64,000 nt of DNA from Squalus acanthias (taxonomy: Eukaryota), in NCBI GenBank assembly GCA_030390025.1, contig CM059432.1, forward strand, positions 147,872,001 through 147,936,000, read 5' to 3'. Below are positions 1 to 13,390 of the stretch, in pieces. Both the position numbers and the translations under genes were made by a program. How positions within the stretch are numbered: position 1 is the first letter of the stretch; every line of letters starts with the position of its first letter. The notes below the pieces were generated by a model, which saw nothing but the letters and a program-made list of their open reading frames with translations, was not told the DNA's origin and did no database searches.

Positions 1-75
1 CCTGACCTGCTGAGCATTTCCAGCATTTTCTGTTTTTATTTCAGATTTCCAGCATCCGCAGTATTTTGCTTTTGT
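1..75 (+). mobile_element. 3' tail of Penelope-like element (runs off window start)
   Basis: Near-identical to the tail that follows the GIY-YIG fragment at 38990-39065. Confidence 0.75.
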
Positions 76-962
76 ATAAAACACTAGTTAGGCCACAGCT
101 CAGGCATGGACACAATGGGCCGAATGGCCTCCTTCTGTGCCGTAAAACTCTTCTATGATTCTATGAAATGACTGTTTAAACATCTAAGTGGCACAACACA
201 CTGCTGCACTACAGCACTCGGGACTTGCAGTGAAATTCTGGCCTCATTGACACTCACTCGAGCTTCGTCACGATCGGGGCCTTACTGGAGTGGCTGAACC
301 GTCGGCTAGTTGGAAGCGAAATGCAGGCCACTGGGCGGGAGGCAAGCCTTGCAAGAGTTTTGCCCTTGGTTACACGATAGCAACGGCGAGGAGCTGTCCA
401 GAGTGTGGCCTTCACGAAAGCCAAGGTAAGGGCTCTCAGGGTCATTTATCCACAATCTCAGCAGGGAGCTGGGATGTGTGACCCAGGCTGGGAACGAGGG
501 CTAAAAATACATAACAAAGAAGCAGCCTGCAATCGGATTTGAGCAAGTGTAACATTAACACTCCCAGTGTGTTGCTATAACAACATGCTACAGCACCGAG
601 TGATTGGATGCAGATTTGAGTCCACGTGGTGAGCTTCTGATGTCAGCCGGCATGTTTTGGAAGGGGGTCTGGAGCGCAGACACTGCATTTCCCCACAGGT
701 CGAGAAGGTGGGGGGAGGGTAAACAGAGGATGAGTCAATCCCCACTGCTCTGGCACACCTCCCAGCAGTCGGTAACAGAGCGGTGTTGGCACAGGCCCAG
801 GAACAGGTCACCTAGCTGCATTTCCTTCGGGGAATGGTGTACGACACCAAGGAGGGGCGAGAGACAGCAAAAAAAAAACAAAATAACAGGTTTTGGGTTC
901 GGTTAGCAAGATGCATAGAAGACAGCGGAAGTTGCCTAAAATGGAGGGGCGAGTAGGGGGAC

Positions 963-989
963 AGAGAGAGAGAGAGAGAGAGAGAGAGA
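963..989. repeat. (AG)n microsatellite
   Basis: Run of agagag... seen directly. Confidence 0.95.
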
Positions 990-1637
990 TTCTCTACGAC
1001 ACACATGGTGTCTCCAGAAGCTGTGCCAGGCTGTTTACGACTGAGAGCTTGTCATTGCACAGCTCTGGCCTCAAACGGTGCAATTTAGATGCTATTCCCT
1101 TCCACTATTAAAACCTGCTTCATTTTCATATGGATCATTAGTACTTGCTATTAGAACACACTGCTTCTATTAACAGACTGGTTTTAATTTATAAATTTAT
1201 TTAAGCAATGCAGATGCCACTAACATTAGATTGCCAAACCAGGGGAGGAAAAAAAAACAATGGTTTTCAAAGTGATTCCATTATTTCAGTACACTGCAAA
1301 TTCAGGGCCTTTAAATCTAGTTATAAGCATTAAGAGCTTTGAATGCAATTTCACTCTGCTGTAACACTGGGCTACTGGGTGCAATTTAATTCCAATAATC
1401 TCAGATGAAGTTCTTCACTAAATTTTGGAGCAGAGTTCAATGATCATTTCATTAACAAAAAAAAACTACTTTTGAAGGATATCTAGAAAGCTTTTACACA
1501 ACATGTCACTGTGCGGTTCAGTGCAAAGTCTGAGGCTCAAAGCAGTCACGTGAGTCCTACATGATTCTAATTTTTGATTTTCTTCATTCTGCAAGCTACT
1601 GCTCTTCATTCCTTTTTGGGTTTTTTTTTTCTCTCAG

Positions 1638-1688
1638 AGCACTTCCGGTTTCACAGACAGCAAAAATAAAGTGTTATATTTTTCACAA
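1638..1688 (+). other. Candidate 51-nt exon of an unidentified transcript
   Basis: Long T tract + ctctcAG acceptor before 1638; caa|GTAAGT donor at 1689; length divisible by 3; product not recognised. Confidence 0.3.
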
Positions 1689-2017
1689 GTAAGTTAAAAT
1701 GAATCTGACTGGAGCTACGGGCCTAGGGTACCCAGGGCCACACGCGCCGTATAACCCACTGATTCCCTAAGGTATCACTGACTCCACCAAAGTTCATGGG
1801 GTTCGGGGGGAGGACCAGCGAGATTGGGCCTCTGGTGGAATGTGAGCCCATCTGTGGTGCCCCAAAGACCTGGAAACATCGGTGGCAGCGGATTCCCTCA
1901 TGGAGAAGAGGGGTGAGTGGCCCCCTGACAAAGAGGGCAGCTTCAACCCTCCCCGCAAGAACAATGTTGCCCCCTTTTCTTTGGTGGTCATTGCCCCAAC
2001 CCCGACTTTGTTTACTG

Positions 2018-2392
2018 CTAGGCTGACACTCCAGTGCAGTGCTGAGGGAGTGCTGCACTGTCGGAGGTGCCGTCTTTCGGATGAGACGTTAAACCGAGGC
2101 CTCGTCTGCTCTCTCAGGTGGACGTAAAAGATCCCATGGCACTATTTCGAAGAAGAGCAGGGGAGTTATCCCCGGTGTCCTGGGGCCAATATTTATCCCT
2201 CAACCAACATAACAAAAACAGATTATCTGGTCATTATCACATTGCTGTTTGTGGGACCTTGCTGTGTGCAAATTGGCTGCCGCGTTTCCCACATTACAAC
2301 AGTGACTACACTTCAAAAGTACATAATTGGCGCTTTGAGACATCCGGTGGTCGTGAAAGGTGCTATATAAATGCAAGTCTTTCTTTTCTTTC
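2018..2392 (+). mobile_element. SacSINE1-like Deu-domain SINE, 5'-truncated
   Basis: Same body and tail (..gctatataaatgcaagtctttc) as the full copy at 45399-45853. Confidence 0.8.
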
Positions 2393-2528
2393 ATTAACGT
2401 GGCTCGATTTGGCTTGAGAAATGTATTTAATTCATTCCTACAGCTGGCGCACCTGAGGATGTATCTACACTGTAACGGTAGCATTGGTTTGAAGCGGTTT
2501 CACTTCATATTTGACGCTAAAGTTGTGG

Positions 2529-2812
2529 GGGTAAATTTTTTGCCTTTAACATTCGTGACACAGAGATTTTGTACGACAGGATATCAGGGCTGACTCCGCG
2601 CTGCCCTCCTCCTGTCAGCAGGGGGCGGCACTTCCTGGAAATGCACGGTGGGATATGCCGGATATCCATGACTTCCTGCCATGCTCCTCACTGGGAACAT
2701 AGAAGCACAGAATCAGCCCTATCGGAAATTGGGCCGCATACCCAAGTTCCTGATGTGCGCTCCTACCTTGCAAAGCTCTCCCACTGAGAGCATTGAAGGT
2801 CTAAATTTACCC
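2529..2812. mobile_element. Short MITE, probably PIF/Harbinger
   Basis: Terminal inverted repeats GGGTAAATTT ... AAATTTACCC; no clean TSD. Confidence 0.5.
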
Positions 2813-3903
2813 TAATAGTATGAATGCAGCCTAAATCCTAAATCACAGGCCGTCTACAGTAAAGAAAGCACGGTGTGACTCTGTAGGGGAGGGAATCTCA
2901 CTCCACTTCACCCCAAAACCAGATCAGAGCTTAACTTTGGATTTACACTCCAAGAGCTTAACATCAGCGTGAAGCAAAAAAAGCTTCACACTAAAACTAA
3001 ACTAGCAGTGTAAACACATCCTAAGAGACATTGCTGTATTGATTACTTGCTTATTTTATTTTTATGTCCTTCATCCATATTTTGAAAATAGTTTACCTGC
3101 TCCAGAAATGTGGCCCGGGGTATTTCAATTCCCAGGTCTTATTTAAATCCCGCAGGAGGTCAGCCTGAAGTAACGGGAAATCGCATAGCCTGGAGGGCAC
3201 CATGTAAGTGGTGGGATCAGTTGCCAGGGCTATTCTGCGGAGGTCTCGTGATCGGGGAAGGGGGGTGGGGTGTGGTGGGTGGGTGGTGGGTAGCGCCTCC
3301 ACAGCAGGGGCGGCCTAAACTTTCCTTTTAGGGCCTGGAGGAGCACACAAGAAAAGTATTTTTAAAAAGCGCATCTTTTTAGGCCTCGCCTGGCCCCGAA
3401 CCACTTCGCCCCCTTGGGTTAGCCTGGCAGGAAACGCCCTGCGGCTTCCCACACAAGGTGCCAAATTAAAATCGCAGTCGGGTTCCAACGATATCATATG
3501 GGACACATTGAACATAAGAACATAAGAAACAGGGGCAGGAGTCGGCCAATCGGCCCCTTTGTGGAAAAGGACCCCGCCAGCTTGGAGTGAGTGTCCTTGC
3601 CGCCTGCTCAGTTGAGGGGGTTCAAGATGAGTAAGTTACCTGGGCGATTTTAATTGCCCACCCGCCCAATTTCCACCAGGCAAGAGTTGCTTAAAAATGG
3701 CTTGTGTTGTGGAAAATTGCAACAGAAATCCATTCCGGCAGGTTTGCTCTATGGATTGTGTTATGAAACTCGAACCCGTTTATCAAGATCTGGTTTGATT
3801 TTGTCGCACATAGTATACACAGGACTCTTTCCCTAAGTTTCCAGTTATGCCACATCTATAGCATATAGCTGTGTCAATATTGTGGAGCATATTCAAACAG
3901 CAA

Positions 3904-4771
3904 GGCCGTGATTTTATTAATGGAGGCGGGTTGGGTGCAGGTCAGCTGGTTTCCGGCTTCCAGTCCCGCCCCCAGCTGCCTCCACTCCACAGACGTGATT
4001 TTCCCTTGATTGACCTTGTTAAGCCCCGCCCTGTGGGCTTGCCGGCCAATTAACAGGAAGCGGGTCAGATGATGTCATTTGATGACGCGTCATCTGCTGG
4101 TTTCCTTAAAGGGACCACGCACAATTTTATTTTGACAGTTGATTTCTCAGTGTTTGACAGCATTGAGGTGCTGCAAACACTGACAATCACTGTACAAAGG
4201 TGAGCCCTTGCACCCAGGCTCTCCAGTGACTACCACCTTAGGCTAGAACAGATGGCAGCTGCAGGTGAGGTGACAGAAGCGATCTGTCACTGGTGAGAGA
4301 GGTTCTCCCAATGAGGTGGCACTGGACATGGATTTTAAAACTTGTAACCTAAAGAAATATGTAAATGTATTAAAAATGCAGTACCCAACACTTTCTTTCC
4401 TCTGAGACTCACCATGTGCAACATTAGATCCTTCACACCACTTCTGCAGCTGTCATCAATCCAGAAACATTACAGCAGACTCACAACACGCCACACTTGC
4501 CTGGCGTGGTGTCCAGACGTCGGGAAACCTGAGCCAGAAGCGGCAAAATTCAAAAATAGTCTGTCAACTACTAGCAACCACCTGTTAATAGGCAGGTAAT
4601 TGCCTTTAATCCGCTAGGTGTCAGGTCCATTCGCAAATCGGTGACCCGACACTTGGGAAAGCTGTTTGGAGGCGGGTTGACGGCGGGATCGCAACCCGCC
4701 ATCAATCAAAACGATTTTAACCTCTGACCCGCCTCCAAACCCGCCCACTGAGCGCCGGCAAAATCGCGGCC
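3904..4771 (+). mobile_element. ~870-bp non-autonomous Harbinger element (copy 1 of 3)
   Basis: TIRs GGCCGTGATTTT / AAAATCGCGGCC; colinear with 17730-18592 and 57761-58634. Confidence 0.85.
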
Positions 4772-5646
4772 GAAATATTCATTGAGTGAGTGAATGTCTT
4801 TTCTCAATGTCAAAGTCCCATCTTTCCAAGGGGGTTGAAGTGCTACTTGCTTCAATCAGCATTGTAGTCCTGGATCTGGAGTTGAGTGCTCAAATAGCTC
4901 GAGATGCATCTCCAGTAGCTTGCTGGCAGTCATGATACTACCTCTCCAGTGTAGGGCTGCCAACTCTTGGTCAGGCATATTCCTGGAGGTTTCATCGCAT
5001 AACCTCCCGCCTGCAACTGCCTCGCCCCATCAAACAGCCTTTTTCCCATCTGCAGTATTTTTAAAACTAATAAATAAAGATGTTAAAAAAATGCATAATT
5101 TTCTCCTGGGCTGCTAGCAGCAGTGTCCAGGAGATTAATCAAACCTCCTGGAGATTCCAGGGCAATATTGGAGGGTTGGCAACCCTACTTCAGTCAGATA
5201 CTGAGCAAGATATCTTTATCTCAATGCAAACTCGTAGATCCTCCTTCCTCACGATAGAAACTTCCACCTGAGCATCCTCCCCATTTCCCCAAAGAAATCA
5301 CTTTGAATTGGACGACAAATAATCAACCTTGAAAGAGCACTGACACACTGTAACTAAAGAAGGCACACAACAGTCACACATAAACTGGAAAAGTTTAACA
5401 GCTAAAAAAGAGCAGTCAATTGCAGTCAGGCAGATTGTAATATATTCCTCTGCACCTGATATTCCTTCATAAGATTCGTGATCGTAATTCAAAATATTTA
5501 AAGGAAAAGTAATCAAATACTCCTGCAGAATACCCAATTATTTTTGACCCATATAATAATGAATACATTAACCTACATAGCACGAACATAATCATCACTT
5601 TCTTAGAGGAATTTTATCAGACTTTCAGCTTTCCTCCTGAACTGTA

Positions 5647-6135
5647 GGGTACGGTAGCATAGTGGCTATGTTACTGGACTAGTAATCCAGTAGGCCTGGA
5701 CTAATAATCCGGAGATGTGAGTTCATATCCCACCACGGCAGCTGGGGACTTTAAATGCAGTTAGTTAAATAAACCTGGAATTATAAAGCTAGTATCAGTA
5801 ATGGTGACCATGAAACTACTGAATTGTCATAAAAACCCAACTGGTTCACTAATGTCCCTTAGGGAAGGAAATCTACCATCCTTACCCGGTCTGGCCTATA
5901 TGTGACATCCAAGCCCACAGCAATGCAGTTTGATTCTTAACTGCCCTCTGAAATGGCCTAGCGAGACACTCAGTTATACCAAACCGCTGTGACAAAGTCA
6001 GCACTGTAGGAGTAACTTCACCACATGGACTGCAGCGGTTCAAGGTGGCGGCTCACAACCACCTTCTCTGGGGCAATTAGGGATGGGCAATAAATGCTGG
6101 CCTTGCCAGCGACGCCCACATCCCATGAATGAATA
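5647..6135 (+). mobile_element. tRNA-derived SINE whose 3' tail is shared with the LINE at 56678-57197
   Basis: A-box-like tagcatagtgg and B-box-like agttcatatcc; tail ggcaattagggatgggcaataaatgctggcc..catccc matches the LINE 3' end. Confidence 0.75.
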
Positions 6136-6419
6136 CATTTTTAAAAACTACCACATTTCTTACTGTCAGATCCCTCCTAAGACATGAGATGGTGAAGACA
6201 CAGATTTTCTGCCTTAAATCATTAGGAAGTATATCAAACATACTAGTTTCAAGAATCACCTTAAGACATCTTGTACAGCTGGAGATGTGGTTTCTATTGC
6301 TTGCGTTATCTTGGTTCAACCAGTACAGTACAGCAGTACTCTCGGGTTTGAGACAGAAAGTTCTGCTTTCATGTTCTAATACAGACTTGAGCACATAATC
6401 TAGGCTGACACTTGGCCAA

Positions 6420-6552
6420 TTCTGACGAAGGGTCATCGACCTGAAACGTTAACTCTGTTTCTCTCTCCACAGATGCTGCCTGACCTGCTGAGTATTTCCA
6501 GCATTTTCTGTCTTTATTTCAGATTTCCAGCATCCGCAGTATTTTGCTATTA
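6420..6552 (+). mobile_element. Penelope-like tail beginning at the hammerhead core
   Basis: CTGACGA-agggtcatcgacct-GAAAC-GTT followed by the PLE tail. Confidence 0.75.
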
Positions 6553-6729
6553 GTATATAAATGCAAAATGTTGTTCTTTCTTAAGTTCTTGGATTCTACT
6601 TAGAGGTTCGTTATAATAAGTGCGATTGATATCAATTTTTTCTTTACTTTGGCTTACAACATGCATAAATGTCAAGACTGAGTTTTGAATGCTTTGCCCA
6701 CTTGTATATTAAAGAGTTTTCTTACTGTC

Positions 6730-7260
6730 AGATATCAGAAAATGAAGGACACAGGTGATTTTCGAAGAAGCAATGGTGCTGAAACTTTGTGGCCCTTCCA
6801 GTGTGCACTGGCTGTAAGTTCATCAGGGGTGCAGCAGAAGATCCACAAATTAGAGGAGGACCACTCCGGCCTTTCCCAGCTGTTACTGTGGGGTCTTGTT
6901 AGGGATGCAGCCTTTGTCCACCCCAAACTAGAACAGCAGTGTAAGAGTAATGTAAGTGTAGTCAGGGGGCTCCCAGGCTGGAAAGCTCCTTGTCCCCAGC
7001 CTGGCAGAAGACCAGTGGTCCAATACCCTGAGTGAGAGTAGGAATTCTCCAAAATCCAACAGAAATGTGACCCACCTGGGAGTCCAGGCCTGGGTCGTGG
7101 CCTGCACTCCTGCAGATGTCAAAGATTTTGCCTGTATCTTTCTGGCCACATATTGCAAGTATCCCCCAATGATGGGCACCTGCCCAGAGTATAATAGGGT
7201 GGCCTTCCCAGACCCCGATTGCTTTGGTGGAGTCAATGCTGGTCGTCATTGATACACAAA
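6730..7260 (-). pseudogene. Highly decayed L1/Tx1-like reverse transcriptase remnant
   Basis: Across frames, in RT order: SIDSTKA (~SLDxxKA), GQGAFQPGSPLT (~GxxQGCPLS), TPDELT (~ADD), SFSTIASSKIT (~FSxxSGxKIN). Confidence 0.4.
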
Positions 7261-7369
7261 TCCAGGCAATTATGGGTTTTAAGGCCCTATATATTTGGTT
7301 CTATGCTTGTTTGAGCTATCAATCTTATCACTATAGTGTCCCATGAATTTACTTAAAGTAGGAATAACA

Positions 7370-7655
7370 GAAACATAGGAACAGGAGTAGGCCCGTCGTG
7401 CCATTCAATGAGATCATGGCTGATCTGTAGCCTAACTCCATCCACTTGCCTTGGTTCCATATCCCTTAATACCCTTGGCTAGCAAAAAATCTATTGAGGT
7501 CAGATTTTAAATGATTAATTGAGCTAGCATCTACTGCTTTTTGTGGGCAAGAGTTTCACACTTCTACCACCCTTTGAGTGAAGAAATGTTTCCTAACTTC
7601 TCTCCTGAATGCCCTGGCTCTGAATTTAATGTTATGTCTCCTTGTCCTGCACTCC
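7370..7655 (-). mobile_element. CR1 LINE 3' end fragment
   Basis: TRRHNIKF..RKHFFTQRVV motif and CR1 3' UTR/tail. Confidence 0.8.
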
Positions 7656-9524
7656 CGTATCAAGGTATTACCTATGCAATATAACATGCCACATTGAAAG
7701 CGAGAACACCTAAAAATAATTGACTTCAGCAGGAGGAGTGCAAAACCCAGCAGTGATCTTTGAATCTCCATAACACAATGGATTGCTATTTCCCAGCAGA
7801 ATACACCATTATCCCCACACTATAAATTGTACATGATTCATTTATAAATACATTTAAATATTTCACACTAAATCATTTTAAAATGGTTCCTAAATTTATT
7901 TCCATTCCCATGCAGTTCTCCAATTTACCATTTAGGTCATGATTTACAGTAATTTTTTAAAAATAAATCTGTCATAATTTTGTGCAAAAATGACGACTGC
8001 AATCCAATTACAGCGTTAAACGTGAGGATGTGCTGCTGCCTTATATTTCAGCACCTCAGATCAGATTTAGCACCAGACTTCATCATGTGTCAAACTGAAT
8101 CTTGACATATTAGAATTTATTATAATGACACCATCTCGTTTCATTTTAGTTATCAAAGAGAAACTACTTTTCTCTAAATTCAGAAGCAAGTAACTCAAAA
8201 TGATGTTTCCTTGCAAATGAACATCACCCAATCCCCATTGACTGCGATCTAGCAATTAGCATGGCTTGATCTATATTCATATTTGATGAGCACCAAGTTT
8301 GAGTGCTTCAGAAATGCTCTGGGTTGGCGCATGTCAGGTTCTGAGTTTCAAGCACACCTTGCGAGTGCATGTCATTCTGCAATGATCTGCCCAGGCCCAA
8401 AGAGAAACTTGGAAACTGCGTAACAGGAACCTGTTTCCACGCGCCAACGGATTCATCCTACTTTAACAAGACCTGCAGCTGGAGCAGGCAACCTGGTGAG
8501 TATCACTGCATTTGCATTGGGAAAACATTCGAAGCACAAGATGTCCATTCAACATCATAAGCGTTTAGACTTCCGTGTTCATTTGCCTATCCTGCAGGAT
8601 GAGTAAAGAGATTTTTTGCTATTCGGTTAAATGTGCGAACATACAGGCATTCAGTATCAGCCTGCAGCACAGCAAACTCGCCTTTTTGGAAGCTGATAAT
8701 GTGATAATTAAATTGCTAACAGACACCTTGTTGATGGCATTTGCTGAAGATTTGAAAACCCTTTTACAATTATACCTTCCTGCAGGGGAATCATCACTGG
8801 AAGCACAATGATCAGATTGGAGTTATTTTTGAAGGCATGTATTAAAATTTTATGTGGAGTGAAATGGGACAAGACCCGTTTCCTTTCTACTGCACAATGA
8901 TTTATTACTCCAAAAGACCACAGAACTAATTAGCAGAGTAATTAATTAATATAAATTTGCATATTTGCATTCGCAATTAGTGCAGTCAACTGATTAGTCT
9001 GAAATGGGAAGTTTGACTCATCAGATGTTAGTGTCTGCTGGACCGGAAAAATGCTGCCAGATGAGGCAGATAAATAAACAGAGCGCATGTGCAAAAGTCT
9101 TCTTTGTTGTAAAAAGCAACTCACTTAAGTAATGAGGTCCTTATACCAAAGCAGATCATAAAATGCCACGTGATTATTATAAAGACTACAAAATTATTAT
9201 ACTGCGCTGAGCTATGCCTGTGAAGGAAGTGTCACAAACATCGTGGCCTTACAATAAGAACATTACCAACGTTTTATTTTTTAAAACATCAAATGGTTAG
9301 ACATGTAAATCCCCATTTAAACTGTGTATGTGGTTTTGTTTCATATGAATCCATGAAATGCATTGTGTACGTCCTCTTCAGTGCTGCTAAACTCAACACC
9401 CCCTTAAATCAGGAATGATCAGTCCACATCTTCCCCTCGATCATCCTCTTAAGCCTCACCCATGGCTTGCCAGTCTCTAATTTTGTCATGCATCCTTCTC
9501 AGCGCCAAATTTTGTTCTGATTCA

Positions 9525-10187
9525 CATAGAATCATAGAATCACACAGCACAGGAGGTCGTCATTCAACCCATCGTGCCTGTGCCGGCTCTTTGAACGAGC
9601 TCTCCGATTAGTCCCACTCCCCCTGCTCTTTCCCCGTAGCCCTGCAAATTTCTCCTTTTCAAGTATTTATCCAATTCCCTTTTGAAAGTTACTATTGAAA
9701 CTGCTTCCACCGCCCTTTCAGGCAGCGCGTTCCAGATCACAACAACTCGCTGTGTAAAAAAGATTTCTTCTAGGAACATAGGAACAGGAGGAGGCCATTT
9801 AGCCTCTTGAGCCTGTTCCGCCATTCAATGAGATCTTGGCCGATCTGTGACCTAGCTCCATATACCCGCCTTTGGCCCATATCCCTTAATACCTTTGGTT
9901 AACAAAAATCTATCAATCTTAGATGTAAAATTAACAATTGATCTCGTCTCAATTGCCGTTTGCGGAAGAGAGTTCCAAACTTCTACCACCCTTTGTGTGT
10001 AGAAGTGTTTCCTAATTTCACTCCTGAAAGGTCTGGCTCTAATTTTTAGACTATGCCCCCTAGTCCTAGACTCCCCAACCAGCGGAAATAGTTTCCCTCT
10101 ATCTACCCTATCTGTTCCCCTGAAAAACTTTGATCAAATCACCGCTTATCCTTCTAAATTCCAGGGAATACAACCCTAGTTTGTGTA
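9525..10187 (-). mobile_element. Two adjacent CR1 3' fragments
   Basis: FFTQRVVVIWNALP motif; two 3' tails (~9525 and ~9770). Confidence 0.85.
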
Positions 10188-10554
10188 ACACAAAAGCAAA
10201 ATACTGCGGATGCTGGAAATCTGAAACAACAAAAAATGCTGGAAACACTCAGCAGGTCAGGCAGCATCTGTGGAGAGAGAAACAGAGTTAACGTTTCAGA
10301 TCGATGACCCTTGGTCAGAACTGGAAAAAGTTGGAGATGGAACAGGTTTTTAAGCAAGTGTAGGGGCAGGGAGAGGGGGGAGGGGAGGAAAGAACAAAAG
10401 GGAAGGTCTGTGATAGGATGGAAGGCAGGAGAGATTAAATGACAAAAGGGATGATGGTGCAAGGCAAAAGGAGATGGTAATGGGACAAGTTAAGAAACAA
10501 AAGATGAATCTAGATGAGGTGTAAATGGCAATGGCAGAATGATCGACAGCTGCC
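10188..10554 (-). mobile_element. Penelope-like 3' region with mutated hammerhead (CTGACCA)
   Basis: Reverse complement matches 38700-39065. Confidence 0.8.
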
Positions 10555-10727
10555 TAGTTCGTTATTTGCTGGATTATTTCTTCTGGCTGTTGATGCAATT
10601 GTAAGCATTTTTAAAGGTTTCCTATACGTGGGTAAAGTTGGAATAGTCTACAGGGAGTAGTCTGGCTGCTCCTGAAGTATGTTTTATTTTGTTTAAATGC
10701 TTGTGCTGAAGCAAGGTGCTTCCAGAC

Positions 10728-11845
10728 ATGGGTGCCTGGTAGATCTTCCTCTGGGAATTGAGCATGATTAGGAGAATGAAGAGAAGCCACGCAGAGCAGG
10801 ACAAGCTGCTAGAAGAGGGAGGGGTGGGGTGGGGGGGAGACGGGCTCTTAGCAGGAGGCCATATCCGCCGACGGTCTTTGGGAAGCAAATTTCTTACCTC
10901 AGCTGAAATCTGCCAACTGCTGCAACCACAACTGCAACCTCAAAGCAGGGCAAGGACAGCATTGACTGTGGCTGTCAAGGTGAACGTGACTCTTAACTTT
11001 CATGTGTCTGGCTCCTTCCAGGCTGCTGCTGCTGGGGTAATAAACAACATCTCTCAGTTTGCAGTACACTGCTGCATAAGGGAGGTCACTGAGACTCTCT
11101 CTACACAGAGAGACAGCTTCATCTCATTCCCTCTTGCCAGAGTCAAGCAAGTGGAGCGAGCACGAGGGTTTGCAAGGATTGCAGGTTTCCCCATGGTGCA
11201 GGGTGCCATTGACTGCACGCACGTTGCCTTGCGTGCACCTCATCTGAACTCGGCCATTTTCATGAATCGAAAGGGATTCCACTCCTTCAATGTACAGCTG
11301 GGTGTGTGACCACAGGCAGCGCATCATGCAGGTCAATGCCCGGTATCCTGGCAGTAGTCACGATTCCTTCATTCTGCAGCAGTCCTCTGTGCCACCTGTA
11401 TTTGAACCACCACAGCAAGTCACAGGCTGGCTACTGGGCGACAAGGGTTATCCACTCATGGCATGGCTCATGTCTCCAGTCCGGAACCCACGCACACGTA
11501 CACAGCAGGCCTACAATGAGAGCCATGCTGCCACAAGGAACATTATAGAGCACACCATCGGCATCCTCAAGCAATGCTTCTGCTGCCTGGAGGAGCCTTG
11601 CAGCACTCAGCTGAGCGGGTATCAAGATTTGTGGTGGTATGCTGCAGACTGCACAACCTGGCCATTATAAGGGAACAGCCCTTGACACTATCAGGCAAGA
11701 AGCTGAGAAGCAGGAGCATGAGGAAGAGGAGGAGGAAGTGCAACAGGTAGTGGAGGAACATGAAAAGCGAGGGAGGCTACAACGCAGACAGCCCCTTTCT
11801 GCCCGTGCTGTACGGGATCAAATATTCCACGAGCGATTCAAGTAA
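10728..11845 (+). pseudogene. Harbinger (HARBI1-like) DDE transposase, frameshifted
   Basis: ALTVAVKV..LNF..SGSFQ, GAIDCTH, NRKGFHSFNVQ, YPGSSHDSFIL, LGDKGYPL, IEHTIGILK spread over ORFs 10758-11309 and 11290-11670. Confidence 0.9.
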
Positions 11846-12067
11846 CCGCAACCACACCTCCCACACTCATGACCTTTCTTCTGTCACTGACCATTACATC
11901 TTCCTCTTTCCAACGACACAGAAATAAAAACCAGCAGAAAATGCACATTCTAGGGTTTGAGTACTGATTGATAGAGATTGTTGGTAGGTGGGTGATGGAG
12001 GTGTAGAGAATTGGGCAGTGGATGAGTTAGTGGTACAGTTAGTAGGATATGCCATTTGAAGATCAAC

Positions 12068-12338
12068 TCACTGACCTTGACAACTCGTGTCAGATCGTTA
12101 AACTTCTTCCTGCACCGCATCCATCCATGTTCTTGGAGCAACACTCCTGGCATTGACCTCCGTCACTACTTGTTCCCACTGCCTCCTGAGCACCTGTCTG
12201 GAGGGCCTCCTGCCGCCCCCCCCCCCCCCCGCCCACACTGCGGATACAGCATGTCTCTCGTTTTTCCACCTCTTCCACCAAGACCTCCAGTGCATTGTCT
12301 GAACATCTTGGTGCTCGCTCTCTCGCATGTTCAGCCAT
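12068..12338 (-). pseudogene. Harbinger Myb/SANT DNA-binding gene, first exon, convergent with the transposase
   Basis: RAPRCSDNALEVLVEEV..W..V...VNA...RTW..CRKKFNDL then GT donor; TIR-like end aagttaacccc near 12630. Confidence 0.85.
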
Positions 12339-13163
12339 TGCTCAAAGTATCAGAGCCCAGATTGACTTTTGACAAAAACTCCCACCACTTCCTGCAGCCA
12401 CAATGCACCTCCCCTTTAAGAGAGGCTGCCTGTAAGTAGATCTAAGCACTCACAATATCGGGCCCCCTGCTGATGTGTGCAGCTAATGAACAGTGCAGAC
12501 AGTGCTGGGCTGCATGCAGAAATAATTTAAAGGTACAGGCAGCACCAACTTAATAACGCAACGAACAGGCGCAGGTTAATCGCATTCCACGATCCCCACG
12601 CCCGTTTGCGGGGATCGCCAAGTTAACCCCCTTGACTTCTCTTGTTAACTGGATCCAGAAGCCTGACTCTCCTGTGAATTCATCAGAAATGTTATAATCC
12701 ATAAGTGAAAGATGATGTGGAAGAAATTGCGCAGTAGCTTTGAGTAATCTGCATTAAAATTCATTTTATTCTGAGAAAAATCTAATAATTTGGAAGACTT
12801 TCTGAGATTTTTTTTAAACAGAGCTGCATTAAAGGTGCCATGCATTTTCAGCTGGACGAATAGCACTAACTGGGGTTAATAATGTGTTGACTGGTAGCCA
12901 TTGAGCTCTTGCACTTTGGGCGCTGGCTCCTCATCCCATCAGGTGCGAGGGCCTGAGATCTATTCCATGTCTGATGCGCCTTGTGCCCTCCACCTCACCA
13001 ATCTGGGAGGCAGTGTACAACACACTGTGAGCATGTGCACAATGTGTGTGCAGGCTCCTTGGGGCCACCCAGCTTACCTGCTGCTTGCCTTTTCGAAGCA
13101 TAGGAACTTACAGCACAGGGACTGGAATTTTGCCGGCGCTCAGCGGACGGGATGGGCGGCGGG

Positions 13164-13390
13164 TGACGTAAGAAACTACTAGGCACTTGGTCTAAGCGTT
13201 AAACAAAGCTTTAATCAACTGTTTTACAACATGGAGGTCTAGTTGTGTCCTTCATTAATTCCTGTTAAGAATGTCCCGCGCAAGCTGGGCCCGTGCCCGA
13301 GTATTTTTACTCTCCCTGGACAGCGCCACCAGCAGGCCGCCTAGTATTATTTCATAAGTCATTTCCACATGAATGACAAGATTCATGTCA
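13164..13390 (-). mobile_element. Solo LTR, ~225-bp family (copy 1)
   Basis: TGAC...GTCA termini; flanks GCGGG/GCGGT; near-identical to 28058-28286 and 42427-42645. Confidence 0.85.

Noticed and set aside
6732..6813. Plus-strand exon candidate (YQKMKDTGDFRRSNGAETLWPFQCALA), phase-compatible with 1638-1688
   Set aside because: It overlaps what reads as a decayed antisense LINE RT and the peptide is unrecognised; exonisation is possible but unsupported.
8395..8495. Segment ending in a GTGAGT donor
   Set aside because: Weak acceptor and no recognisable peptide.
10728..12338. Host HARBI1/NAIF1/MSANTD genes
   Set aside because: Frameshifted, multicopy, paired convergently within TIR-like ends; these are transposon remnants rather than domesticated genes.
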